Origin: Alphaproteobacteria bacterium
Lineage (GTDB): Bacteria > Pseudomonadota > Alphaproteobacteria > SHVV01
Assembly: GCA_963583675.1 (NCBI GenBank)
Contig: CAUZWH010000001.1
Span: forward strand, 1 to 27,223
Direction: 5' to 3'
DNA: 27,223 bases
The notes beneath the pieces were generated by a model. It was not told where the DNA came from, ran no database searches, and was given only the letters and a program-made list of their open reading frames with translations. The translations under genes were made by a program, and so were the position numbers. Of this stretch, positions 9,084 to 18,158 are shown in pieces (within the stretch, counting starts at the first letter, position 1; each line of letters opens with the position of its first letter).

Positions 9084-11687
9084 ATGGACGTTGTTATCGT
9101 CGAATCGCCGGCTAAGGCCAAAACCATCAATAAGTACCTTGGCGAAGGCTTCAAGGTTCTTGCAAGTTATGGCCATGTCCGGGATCTGCCTTCGAAAGAA
9201 GGGTCAGTGCAGCCGGACGACAACTTCGCGATGATCTATGAGGTCGACGATCGCGCGAAGAAACATCTTGGCGAAATCAGGAAAGCGCTGAAAGGCGCTT
9301 CCCACCTCTATCTGGCGACGGACCCCGATCGCGAGGGGGAGGCGATTTCTTGGCATGTGCTCAAGGTGCTCGAAAGCCAGGGCGCGGTGGACTCGGTCGA
9401 TGTGAAGCGCGTCGTTTTCAACGAAATAACCAAACGAGCCGTCCTCGACGCCATCGCGCACCCGCGCGATATCGATATGAGCCTAGTCAATGCTCAGCAA
9501 GCACGTCGCGCGCTGGACTATCTGGTCGGCTTCTCTCTGTCTCCGGTGTTGTGGCGAAAGCTGCCCGGCGCGAAATCGGCGGGCCGGGTGCAATCGGTTG
9601 CACTGCGGCTGGTCTGTGAGCGCGAACTCGAGATCGAAGCATTCGACCCACGCGAATATTGGTCGGTTGAGGTTGGGTTCAGCAAGGTCGATGGAAGCGA
9701 TGGGCCATCCTTTGCCACCCGTCTGACCACGCTCGATGGCGCCAAGCTCGACAAATTCGATCTCGCCAACAAGGAGGCGGCCGATGCAGCGGTCGCCACA
9801 ATCGCCGGCTCTCCGAGCTTTGCGGTCGCCGACGTTACCCGCAAGGAACAGCAACGCAATCCGCCGGCACCCTTCACAACCTCGACGCTGCAACAGGAAG
9901 CCTCGCGCAAAATCCAACTGCGCCCACAACATGCAATGCAGGTGGCACAGAAGCTATATGAAGGAATCGATATCGGCGGCGAAACTGTGGGCTTGATTAC
10001 CTACATGCGCACCGACGGGGTGCAGATCGCCAACGAGGCCATCGAGGAATGTCGCACGACGATTGCGCAGCAATATGGTGCGGCCTATGTGCCCAAAGAG
10101 GCGCGCGCCTACCTCACCGCAGCCAAGAACGCGCAGGAGGCACACGAGGCGATTCGACCGACCGATCTCACGCGCCTGCCGAGTGACATCGCCGGCTTCC
10201 TCGATCGCGACCAGCTACGCCTCTACGAGTTAATTTGGAAACGTACGATCGCGAGCCAGATGGCCAGCGCGCGGATCGAACGTGCGACGATTGACATCGT
10301 GCCGCCCAACTCTGCCTGCGTCCTGCGCGCGACCGGATCGATCACGTTGTTCGACGGGTTCCTCAAACTCTACCAAGAAGGCCGCGACGATCAGGCCGAC
10401 AACGAAGAGGACCATTCGCTACCAAACGTAGTGCCTGGAGAAGAGCTCCGCTGCGGCGACATCACACCCAGCCAGCATTTCACCGAACCGCCGCCGCGTT
10501 TTTCAGAGGCGACTCTGGTCAAACGCATGGAAGAACTGGGGATCGGTCGCCCGTCGACCTATGCGAGTATCCTCTCCGTCCTGCAGGACCGCGACTATGT
10601 CCGGTTGGAAAAGGGTCGCTTCATCCCGGAGGACCGCGGCCAACTCGTGACGGCGTTTCTGGTCGGTTTCTTTGAACGTTACGTCGAATACAGTTTTACC
10701 GCGGATCTTGAGGATCAGCTCGATGAGGTTTCGGCTGGACGGGTCAATTGGACCGACGTCTTGCACAAATTCTGGTCCTCGTTCAAGCCAGCGATCGACG
10801 GGATGGGTGAATTGCGGGTGCGCGACGTGCTCGACGCATTGAACGATATTCTCGCGCAGCACGTATTTCCCAGCTCTGATGCCGGAACCGATCCGCGTAC
10901 GTGCACCAGTTGCGACGACGGTCGCTTGAGCCTCAAGGTTGGTCGCTTCGGAGCATTTGTGGGATGTTCGAACTACCCGGATTGCCGCTTTACCCGACGC
11001 CTTACGACTTCGGATAGCGGCGGTGATGCCGATATTGCTGCGGACGGTCCGGTCGAACTCGGCACCGACCCGAAAAACGATCTGCCCGTAACCCTTCGCA
11101 AGGGTCCTTATGGCCACTACGTTCAGCTCGGGGAGGCTGAAGAGGATAAGAAACCAAAACGCATCGCCCTCCCCAAAGGCATCCCGGCAAGTGAACTATC
11201 GCTGGATATCGCGCTCAGTCTCTTGTCGCTGCCACGCGAGGTCGGTCTGCACCCTGAAGACGGAAAGAAGATCATTGCCGGCATCGGCCGCTATGGTCCC
11301 TTCCTCCGCCACGACGGCGTCTACACTTCCATCCCAGCCGATGATGACGTTATCACTATTGGTCTCAACCGGGCCGTCGCCCTGCTCGCCGAACCGAAGC
11401 GAGGCGGACGACAACAAAGCCAAACCCTCAAGTCGCTTGGCGAGCACCCCGACGGCGGCGAAATCTCGATAAAGAAAGGCCGCTTCGGTCCCTATGTTAC
11501 CTATAAAGGCATCAACGCCACGCTGCCAAAAAGCACCGAACCCGATGAAATAACGATCGACCAAGCCGTCGAGCTGCTGAAGGCAAAGGCGGCGAAGGGA
11601 AAAACCACTAAACGAGCACCACGCAAGCGAAAAGCCACTGCCCAAACCACCAAGAAACGCGCCTCATCGAAAGCGGCCGCTGAGTAA
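9084..11687 (+). CDS. topA: DNA topoisomerase I
   Basis: TOPRIM IVESPAKAKTI and ATDPDREGEAI, SAGRVQS, catalytic GLITYMRTD, one Zn ribbon (CTSC...CSNYPDC), GPYG/GRYGP/GRFGP C-terminal repeats, Lys-rich tail. Confidence 0.98.
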   Translation: MDVVIVESPAKAKTINKYLGEGFKVLASYGHVRDLPSKEGSVQPDDNFAMIYEVDDRAKKHLGEIRKALKGASHLYLATDPDREGEAISWHVLKVLESQGAVDSVDVKRVVFNEITKRAVLDAIAHPRDIDMSLVNAQQARRALDYLVGFSLSPVLWRKLPGAKSAGRVQSVALRLVCERELEIEAFDPREYWSVEVGFSKVDGSDGPSFATRLTTLDGAKLDKFDLANKEAADAAVATIAGSPSFAVADVTRKEQQRNPPAPFTTSTLQQEASRKIQLRPQHAMQVAQKLYEGIDIGGETVGLITYMRTDGVQIANEAIEECRTTIAQQYGAAYVPKEARAYLTAAKNAQEAHEAIRPTDLTRLPSDIAGFLDRDQLRLYELIWKRTIASQMASARIERATIDIVPPNSACVLRATGSITLFDGFLKLYQEGRDDQADNEEDHSLPNVVPGEELRCGDITPSQHFTEPPPRFSEATLVKRMEELGIGRPSTYASILSVLQDRDYVRLEKGRFIPEDRGQLVTAFLVGFFERYVEYSFTADLEDQLDEVSAGRVNWTDVLHKFWSSFKPAIDGMGELRVRDVLDALNDILAQHVFPSSDAGTDPRTCTSCDDGRLSLKVGRFGAFVGCSNYPDCRFTRRLTTSDSGGDADIAADGPVELGTDPKNDLPVTLRKGPYGHYVQLGEAEEDKKPKRIALPKGIPASELSLDIALSLLSLPREVGLHPEDGKKIIAGIGRYGPFLRHDGVYTSIPADDDVITIGLNRAVALLAEPKRGGRQQSQTLKSLGEHPDGGEISIKKGRFGPYVTYKGINATLPKSTEPDEITIDQAVELLKAKAAKGKTTKRAPRKRKATAQTTKKRASSKAAAE

Positions 11688-11697
11688 CACCTCGTCC

Positions 11698-13932
11698 TTG
11701 ACTAAACCACGACGCCAAGCTCAACTTCCGACCAAGGACGAGATTCTCCGCTACATCGAAGAGAGCGGCGGGCGCGTAAACAAACGCGACATCGCCCGCG
11801 CATTCCGTCTCAAGGGTTCGGCGCGCGAGACACTACGCGCGATTCTGCGCGACCTGTCCGAGGAGGGATCGATCGAACGTGGTCACCGCCGCCGCTTCGT
11901 CGCGGGCGGCAAACTTCCTTCGGTCGGCGTGATCGAAATCAGCGAAGTAGACGTCGATGGCGAGGTCTTCGCCCGCCCGACCAAATGGCCCAGCGACTCC
12001 GAGCCCCCGCGAATCAAACTAGCTCCGGGTCGCAAAACGCTAAGCGCGCCGGGTGTTGGTGATCGCATCCTGGCTCGACTAACGATGGTTGGACCCGAAC
12101 TCTACCAGGCCGAACCAATACGGCATCTCGGTGCCGACGCACACGAGGTCATCGGGATCTACGAAATCGTCGGCCGCCAGGCGCGGTTGGTTCCGACCGA
12201 CCGCAAGCTCAGGAAAGAGTTTATTATCGAGGGCGGCAGCGATCTAGGCGTTAAGCCCGGCGAATTGATCGCCGCCGAAATCATTCCCGGACAACATCTT
12301 GGCCTAGGTCGCGCGCGTATCAAGCAGCGTATCGGCCACATCGATGATCCCCGAGCGTTCAGCCTTATCAGCATCCACACCCAGGGTATCCCGACGGAAT
12401 TCTCGACAGAGGTGCTAGCCGAAGCCAAAGCCGCGGCCGCACTGGAGGTCAAACTATCTCAGCGCGTTGATCTTCGCTCGATTCCGTTGATCACCATCGA
12501 TCCTACTGATGCGCGTGATTTTGACGATGCGGTCTGGGCCGAAACCGACGAGGATCCCAAGAACAAGGGGGGTTGGCATATCGTCGTCGCGATCGCCGAC
12601 GTCGCGCACTATGTACGCCCAGACGGCGCCCTCGACCGTGCCGCGCGCGAGCGCGGCAATTCGGTCTATTTCCCGGATCGGATGGTCCCGATGCTACCCG
12701 AGACATTGGCGACAAACCTCTGCACATTGAGCCCGCATGACGAGCGGCCATGCTTAGCGGTCCACATTTGGATCTCCCATAAGGGCCAGAAACTGCGCCA
12801 TCGCTTTGAGCGCGGCGTGATGCGATCTGCCGCCCGATTGACCTACCAACAGGCGCAGGCGGCGATCGACGGCGAGACCGATTCCGTCACGAAGCCGATA
12901 CTTGAGTCGATACTTCTCCCCTTGTTCCAAGCCTATGCAGCGCTGCAAACCGAGCGCGACAATCGCCAACCACTCGCGCTCGACCTCCCTGAACGCAGCA
13001 TCACCCTCGATGAGAATGGAAAGGTCGCATCGATTTCGACCCAGCCGCGTTTGGACAGTCATCGCCTGGTCGAAGAGTTCATGATCGCCGCCAACGTAGC
13101 TGCAGCCGAAGCACTCGAAACCGCCGATGCCCCGTGCATGTACCGAGTGCACGACCTGCCCAATCCAGAAAAGCTCGAAGCATTGCGAGATTTGCTGAGC
13201 CAGTTGAATTTGAAGCTATCGCGGGCGCAGATAATTCGTCCGCAGCAATTCAACGCAATCCTCGCCAAGGTCGCCGCCACACCCGACGAAAAACTGGTCA
13301 ATGAAGTTATCCTGCGTTCCCAAGCCAGAGCGGTCTACAGTCCCAACAACCTTGGCCACTACGGCCTTAATCTCAGACGCTACGCACACTTCACATCGCC
13401 GATCCGGCGCTACGCCGATCTCCTGGTCCATCGAAGTTTGGTTTCGGCGTTAAAACTCGGCGACGACGGTCTCGGGGTGGAACGCGACGAGTTCGTATCG
13501 ATTGCCGAACAAATCACCGCGACGGAGCGGCGCGGGGATGCGGCCGAGCGCGATGCGACGGATCGCTATGTCGCCGCCTACCTCGCCGACCGCGCCGGTG
13601 ATGATTTTTCCGGCCATATCACCGGCGTGTCGCGATTCGGATTGTTCGTCGGCCTCGACCCGAATGGGGTCGATGGATTGGTGCCGATGCGTCGTCTCGA
13701 CGACCACTACGTCCACGACGAAGACCACCATGCGTTGATCGGCCGCAACTCCGGCCACGTCTATCGATTGGGTGACAGCATCCGCGTGCGGCTCGACGAG
13801 GTAAACGTCGTCACGGGATCGCTATCGCTGACAGTTGTCTCCCATGAGACCGACGGCTCCGGGACCATCAAGTTGCGCCCGGAAAAAGCCAAACGCGGAA
13901 ACAAAGGTCGGAAATATCATCGCCGCCGCTGA
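11698..13932 (+). CDS. rnr: Ribonuclease R
   Basis: N-terminal HTH, DARDFDDA catalytic motif, IADVAHYV, HFTSPIRRYADL, S1 domain, basic tail; TTG start. Confidence 0.97.
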   Translation: MTKPRRQAQLPTKDEILRYIEESGGRVNKRDIARAFRLKGSARETLRAILRDLSEEGSIERGHRRRFVAGGKLPSVGVIEISEVDVDGEVFARPTKWPSDSEPPRIKLAPGRKTLSAPGVGDRILARLTMVGPELYQAEPIRHLGADAHEVIGIYEIVGRQARLVPTDRKLRKEFIIEGGSDLGVKPGELIAAEIIPGQHLGLGRARIKQRIGHIDDPRAFSLISIHTQGIPTEFSTEVLAEAKAAAALEVKLSQRVDLRSIPLITIDPTDARDFDDAVWAETDEDPKNKGGWHIVVAIADVAHYVRPDGALDRAARERGNSVYFPDRMVPMLPETLATNLCTLSPHDERPCLAVHIWISHKGQKLRHRFERGVMRSAARLTYQQAQAAIDGETDSVTKPILESILLPLFQAYAALQTERDNRQPLALDLPERSITLDENGKVASISTQPRLDSHRLVEEFMIAANVAAAEALETADAPCMYRVHDLPNPEKLEALRDLLSQLNLKLSRAQIIRPQQFNAILAKVAATPDEKLVNEVILRSQARAVYSPNNLGHYGLNLRRYAHFTSPIRRYADLLVHRSLVSALKLGDDGLGVERDEFVSIAEQITATERRGDAAERDATDRYVAAYLADRAGDDFSGHITGVSRFGLFVGLDPNGVDGLVPMRRLDDHYVHDEDHHALIGRNSGHVYRLGDSIRVRLDEVNVVTGSLSLTVVSHETDGSGTIKLRPEKAKRGNKGRKYHRRR

Positions 13933-13995
13933 GCCTGCCACCCCGGCCCGACAGGAGCGCTGGACAAGCTCTGACCTCGCGGGCACGTTAGCAAT

Positions 13996-14700
13996 ATGAC
14001 CTCGCAGCCTGAAAGTTCCGCCCCGAATAAGCATGTTCGACCAAAGGATGCGGCGACCCTCGTGTTGCTCCGGAAATCGAGTAGTGGTGCCGAAATTCTG
14101 ATGGGTCGTCGACGGCAAAACCACGTCTTCATGCCGAACGTGTTCGTGTTCCCTGGCGGCCGGGTCGAGAGTGCCGACGCCAAGGTGCTCGCAGCATCCG
14201 AGCTGCGTGATGATATCCGTGACCGACTCATGATTAGCTGCTCAGAGCGTCGTGCCCGCACGCTGGCGTTAAGCGCGATACGAGAGACCGCCGAGGAAAC
14301 CGGTGTACTGGTCGGGGTTCGCTCCACGCTGAAGCAAAAGAAAAGCGTCCCCGCTGCCTGGCGAGCGTTCTCTGACGCTGGCCTGGCACCCGCGCTCGAT
14401 ACCCTTGATTACGTCGCGCGTGCGATCACGCCACCGGGCAACCCCCGCCGTTTCCACGCCAGGTTTTTTGTAACCGACGCTTCGGTTGCCCAGGGCGCCC
14501 AGGACGCTCTTACCGGCGATGGCGAATTGGACGAGCTGTCGTGGGTACCGATCGACAGTGTGAAGGATCTTCCAAGCGCTTGGATCACCCGCTTCGTCAC
14601 CAATGAAGTCAAACAGCGGCTCGATGGTATCGACGGCAAGAGCGCGCTGGATCGTCGGATCCCGGTAATAAAGTTCCGCAAGATCGTCGAGTATGACTGA
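13996..14700 (+). CDS. Nudix hydrolase (Nudt19-like split Nudix box)
   Basis: PKDAATLVL, FVFPGGRVE...AIRETAEETG, WxTP-like ARAITPPGNPRRFHARFF. Confidence 0.88.
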   Translation: MTSQPESSAPNKHVRPKDAATLVLLRKSSSGAEILMGRRRQNHVFMPNVFVFPGGRVESADAKVLAASELRDDIRDRLMISCSERRARTLALSAIRETAEETGVLVGVRSTLKQKKSVPAAWRAFSDAGLAPALDTLDYVARAITPPGNPRRFHARFFVTDASVAQGAQDALTGDGELDELSWVPIDSVKDLPSAWITRFVTNEVKQRLDGIDGKSALDRRIPVIKFRKIVEYD

Positions 14701-15907
14701 CCGCTTACGCGGGTCCTCGCCGGTTGGCGAAGGCGCCGCATATGGTCGCGATCAAATCCTGAGCCTCGCGGCGGTAATCGCGAGCATCAGCATTGTCGGC
14801 ATGACGTTTGGAATCACATCGCCGCTACTTTCGCTGATCCTCGAGCGGCAGGGCGTGAGTTACACCCTGATCAGTGTCAATTCCGCCATGGCAGCCGCGG
14901 GTTCGATCGCATTCGCCCCGCTCCTACCAAGTCTCGTCCGACGCTTCGGAACCGCGAACGTGTTGTTGGCATCCATCGCGATGATCCTCGTTTCGCTCGC
15001 GATACTACCTATGTTTCCCAATTTCTGGGCCTGGTTCGCAATCCGCTTTCTCTACGGGATGGGTGGCGGCGCCTTGTTCATCCTGAGTGAGGCTTGGATA
15101 AATCAAATCGTGCCGGATGCGCAACGCGGCCGCCTCCTGGGGCTTTACGTCACCGTTATGTCAATCGGGCTTGCCGTCGGTCCCCTTATCTTGATCGTTG
15201 TCGGCACCGAGGGTTTGGCGCCATTTCTTGTGGGTATCGTGGTTGTCGCCCTTGGTTCTATTCCGGTAATCCTCGCCCGCGGTTCGGCACCGCCCATTGC
15301 GACACGGTCATCGATCTCCTTGCTGCGCTACATTCGTATCGCGCCGTCGGGAACGTTGGCCGGCCTCACCTTGGGATTCATCGAGACCTTGGCATTGTAC
15401 CTACTGCCGCTATATGCATTGCGGCGCGGCCTTGAGGGTGATCTCGCAGTGTTACCCGTCACTGTTTTCGTGACGGGCGCGATCGTCATTCCACTTTTCT
15501 TCGGATGGCTGGCCGATCGTTGGGATCGGCGAACAGTACTCGCGATCGCGGCAACGATCGCCGGACTTTCGGTGTCCGCGTACCTTTTCGTAGCCACCGG
15601 ATCGATTGGTTTCTGGATTGCCACCTTTATCTGGGGTGGTACCGCGACAGCGATCTATTCGGTCGGCCTAACGCTGCTGGGCCAGAGGTTCAAGGGCGCC
15701 GATCTGGTTGCCGCCAGCGCCGTCATCGTAACGATGTATTCGATTGGAACGCTGGTCGGCCCGATCGTTACGGGCGCGGCGATGGACGCCTGGGATGTAA
15801 GCGCGCTTCCTATCGTCGCGGCCGCAGTGAGCCTCATCTATGCCGCAATCGTTGTGGCGCGGCGCTTCGCCCAGGGATCAGTCGGCGAGGCGCGTCCAGC
15901 TTCTTGA
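14693..15907 (+). CDS. MFS transporter, YcaD-like
   Basis: 404 aa with about 12 hydrophobic segments; SEAWINQ...RGRLLGLY and GWLADRWDRR motifs; 8-nt overlap with the Nudix stop. Confidence 0.88.
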   Translation: MTDRLRGSSPVGEGAAYGRDQILSLAAVIASISIVGMTFGITSPLLSLILERQGVSYTLISVNSAMAAAGSIAFAPLLPSLVRRFGTANVLLASIAMILVSLAILPMFPNFWAWFAIRFLYGMGGGALFILSEAWINQIVPDAQRGRLLGLYVTVMSIGLAVGPLILIVVGTEGLAPFLVGIVVVALGSIPVILARGSAPPIATRSSISLLRYIRIAPSGTLAGLTLGFIETLALYLLPLYALRRGLEGDLAVLPVTVFVTGAIVIPLFFGWLADRWDRRTVLAIAATIAGLSVSAYLFVATGSIGFWIATFIWGGTATAIYSVGLTLLGQRFKGADLVAASAVIVTMYSIGTLVGPIVTGAAMDAWDVSALPIVAAAVSLIYAAIVVARRFAQGSVGEARPAS

Positions 15908-15931
15908 CAGCGCATTGAATTCGCGTATCGT
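15904..15931 (+). promoter_or_regulatory. Putative sigma-70 promoter of rpmG: TTGACA-N16-TATCGT
   Basis: Consensus -35 hexamer at 15904-15909 containing the MFS TGA stop; -10 at 15926-15931. Confidence 0.55.
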
Positions 15932-15967
15932 CCGCGTCATCCTCGACACGAGTAGATTGGTCGGAAA

Positions 15968-16135
15968 ATGGCTAAATCGGCGACGCTAAAGATCAGAATG
16001 GTGAGCACGGCTGATACCGGGTTCTACTATGTAACCAAGAAAAACCCTCGCACGCAGACCGAGAAACTCAGCTTACGTAAGTATGATCCGGTCGTGCGCA
16101 AGCATGTCGAGTTCAAAGAAGGCAAGATCAAGTAA
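15968..16135 (+). CDS. rpmG: 50S ribosomal protein L33 (Zn-free, C- type)
   Basis: Manually translated 55 aa, below the track cutoff: [55 protein letters not shown]. Confidence 0.98.
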   Translation: MAKSATLKIRMVSTADTGFYYVTKKNPRTQTEKLSLRKYDPVVRKHVEFKEGKIK

Positions 16136-16157
16136 CAAATGACCGCGACGCATAGAG

Positions 16158-16181
16158 GCCGGGTTTTGCCCGGCTTTTTTT
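16158..16181 (+). terminator. Rho-independent terminator after rpmG
   Basis: GCCGGG-TTTTG-CCCGGC hairpin followed by 7 T. Confidence 0.85.
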
Positions 16182-16200
16182 GTGCCCGCCGCACCCGAAC

Positions 16201-16217
16201 GAAACACGATATGTTTC
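16201..16217. promoter_or_regulatory. Inverted repeat GAAACA-N5-TGTTTC immediately before the ROK kinase start; candidate operator
   Basis: Perfect 6-bp arms, 4 nt upstream of the ATG at 16222. Confidence 0.35.
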
Positions 16218-16221
16218 ATGT

Positions 16222-17120
16222 ATGCGCATCGGGATCGATCTCGGCGGCACCAAAATCAAAGCCATCGCCTTCGACGACTGCGACAGCGAATGCTTCCGAC
16301 GCCGCGTTGCCACACCTCGGGGTTCTTACCAGCGAACGATCGAAGCAATCACTAATCTCGTCGTCGAAGCCGAGGCGCGGGTCGGGGGCGCTTGCACAGT
16401 CGGGGTTGGTATTCCGGGCACCGTCTCCCCGGCTACCAGCCTCATTAAGAACGCGAATTCAACCTGGCTCATTGGCCGGCGGTTCGACCACGATCTGGAA
16501 ACGGCGCTGCAAAGGCCGGTCAAGCTCGCAAACGATGCCAACTGCTTTGCGCTCTCCGAAGCCAGCGACGGCGCCGGGGCTGATGCTACCAGCGTCTTTG
16601 GGGTTATTCTTGGCACCGGGGTCGGCGGCGGATTCGTCCTCGATGGGCGATTGCTCGGCGGAGCCAACGCGATCGCCGGCGAATGGGGCCACAATCCAAT
16701 ACCCTAGCGAGAGGACAACGAAAACCCCGGGCCGATGTGTTGGTGCGGCAAGCTGGGGTGCGTAGAGACCTTCCTGGCCGGACCAGCCTTGGAACGCGCG
16801 TGGTGCGATTTGGGTGGACCCGTACTCCCGGTCGCCGACAACATCGTTGAGCTCGCACATCAAGACGGCGCGCCGAGACGCTTCTTCAACGCTACGAAAA
16901 CCGGTTGGCCCGCGCCTTGGCAACGGTGATTAATCTCCTCGATCCCGAAACCATCGTTCTCGGGGGCGGCCTGTCAAAAATCGACCGACTGTACGAGAAC
17001 GTTCCGAAGCTATGGCGAGAGTTTGTGTTTTCGGACGAAGTGGGCACAACGCTACGCCGAGCAAAGCACGGCGATGCTAGCGGCGTTCGCGGCGCCGCGT
17101 GGTTGTGGCCCACGAACTAA
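16222..17120 (+). pseudogene. mak: ROK-family sugar kinase (Mak/fructokinase-like), disrupted by an in-frame TAG and a frameshift
   Basis: MRIGIDLGGTK...NDANCFALSEA...ILGTGVGGG...AGEWGHNPIP, then TAG (16705-16707), then in-frame CWCGKLGCVETFLAGP, a frame change at ~16870, and [33 protein letters not shown]...[14 protein letters not shown]. Confidence 0.92.
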
Positions 17121-17139
17121 GGCACGCTCGTAAGGAGCG

Positions 17140-17937
17140 CTAACAGTTAGACGGTAGTGGTTCGAAAACCTTGAGTACGCCCTTGAGCGCAAAATCGCCA
17201 TAATCGAGCGTCACGTCGGTAGAGACGCCGTTTTCGAAGAGGCGAAACGCAACTTCGTATTCAGGCTGACTATCTCCACCCGCTGTATCGATTTTGAAGT
17301 AGGCGATCTGCATGCGCCACGATTCGAGCTGCGCAAGCGTGCCGTTGCCCTTGCCTTTGTAGGTGCCTCGCGGGAAGTGCTCAAGGATCACCGCTGTCGT
17401 CGCTTGCAATCCCTCGGCACTCGAGCCATCGAACACGGTTGCGCGCACAAATTTTTCACCAAGCGCCGCGCGCTCAAGGAGGAGCAAGGCATGCTGGGTC
17501 GGAAAAATCGTCTCGCGCGGCAGCACTAACTTTCTCTCCGAGGGCTTTTTGAAATCAGCTTCACTCTCCCCTGCATTGGTGGCGCCATTCGCGCGGCCAA
17601 GAATTTCCTCGACCGTTTTGTCGTTTACGACGTGGCGCGAGCTAAAGCGAAACGCCGACCCGTCACTGGCTTCCCACGTCGATACCGTGAGATCAGCAAT
17701 GTAGTCATTGCCGGTTTGGCGCAGCTCGTTGCGGATACGCTGATTGAGTGTGTAGCCATCACAGCTATCGGCCAACTCCATGACCAATCGGCCACGTGCG
17801 CCGATAACACCGCTCCCAGAGGCAGCGCGGTCGAGTGCAAGATCATAGATTGCCCGGTGCGCCAGAAGGGCCGGTGCCTGGGCTGATACGCTCGCTGATA
17901 CCACAACCAAAAGCAGAGTGAAAAATGTGTAACGCAC
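17140..17937 (-). CDS. eipB: Cell envelope integrity protein EipB family (DUF1849), periplasmic
   Basis: AHRAIYDL, DSCDGY, STWEASDG, FDGS, YFK...PEYEV..LFENGVS...LDYGDF, terminal Cys. The GTG at 17937 has a GAGGA SD and begins a signal peptide (MRYTFFTLLLVVVSASVSA). The track start at 17970 is probably too long. Confidence 0.85.
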   Translation of the reverse strand: MRYTFFTLLLVVVSASVSAQAPALLAHRAIYDLALDRAASGSGVIGARGRLVMELADSCDGYTLNQRIRNELRQTGNDYIADLTVSTWEASDGSAFRFSSRHVVNDKTVEEILGRANGATNAGESEADFKKPSERKLVLPRETIFPTQHALLLLERAALGEKFVRATVFDGSSAEGLQATTAVILEHFPRGTYKGKGNGTLAQLESWRMQIAYFKIDTAGGDSQPEYEVAFRLFENGVSTDVTLDYGDFALKGVLKVFEPLPSNC

Positions 17938-18022
17938 GTGTTCAGTTCCTCGTTGGCGCAGCGTCCGCATAGTCTACACCATGGGTCCTTCGGCCGAGGC
18001 ATTAACCAGACCGTCGGACAAA

Positions 18023-18038
18023 CCTGCCCATGGGCAGG
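18023..18038. promoter_or_regulatory. Perfect 16-bp palindrome CCTGCCCATGGGCAGG; candidate enhancer-binding-protein site (UAS)
   Basis: Self-complementary; centred about 87 bp upstream of the predicted sigma-54 start site. Confidence 0.55.
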
Positions 18039-18061
18039 ACTTGCTCCCAAAATATGGCTGT

Positions 18062-18074
18062 TAAACCATTGAAA
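18062..18074. promoter_or_regulatory. IHF-like site TAAACCATTGAAA
   Basis: One mismatch to YAANNNNTTGATW; lies between the palindrome and the -24/-12 box. Confidence 0.55.
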
Positions 18075-18090
18075 AGACACTATTTCCCGG

Positions 18091-18106
18091 TGGCATTTTG
18101 GTTGCG
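18091..18106 (+). promoter_or_regulatory. Sigma-54 (-24/-12) promoter TGGCATTTTGGTTGCG
   Basis: TGGCA...TTGC with the exact GG-N10-GC spacing (GG 18092-93, GC 18104-05); 52 nt upstream of the GGDEF ATG. Confidence 0.7.
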
Positions 18107-18158
18107 TTACCAATCGTGCGTTATGCCATAACTCAAGCAAGCGAACAGATAAAAACCC

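Noticed and set aside
14152-14305. Split Nudix box with a ~40-aa insert
   Set aside because: Typical of the Nudt19-like bacterial subfamily; not unusual.
16705-16707. TAG read-through or recoding in the ROK kinase
   Set aside because: TAG is the normal stop of gatB, ruvX, plsY, eipB, both rid genes and clpS in this window, and a downstream frameshift would still break the gene.
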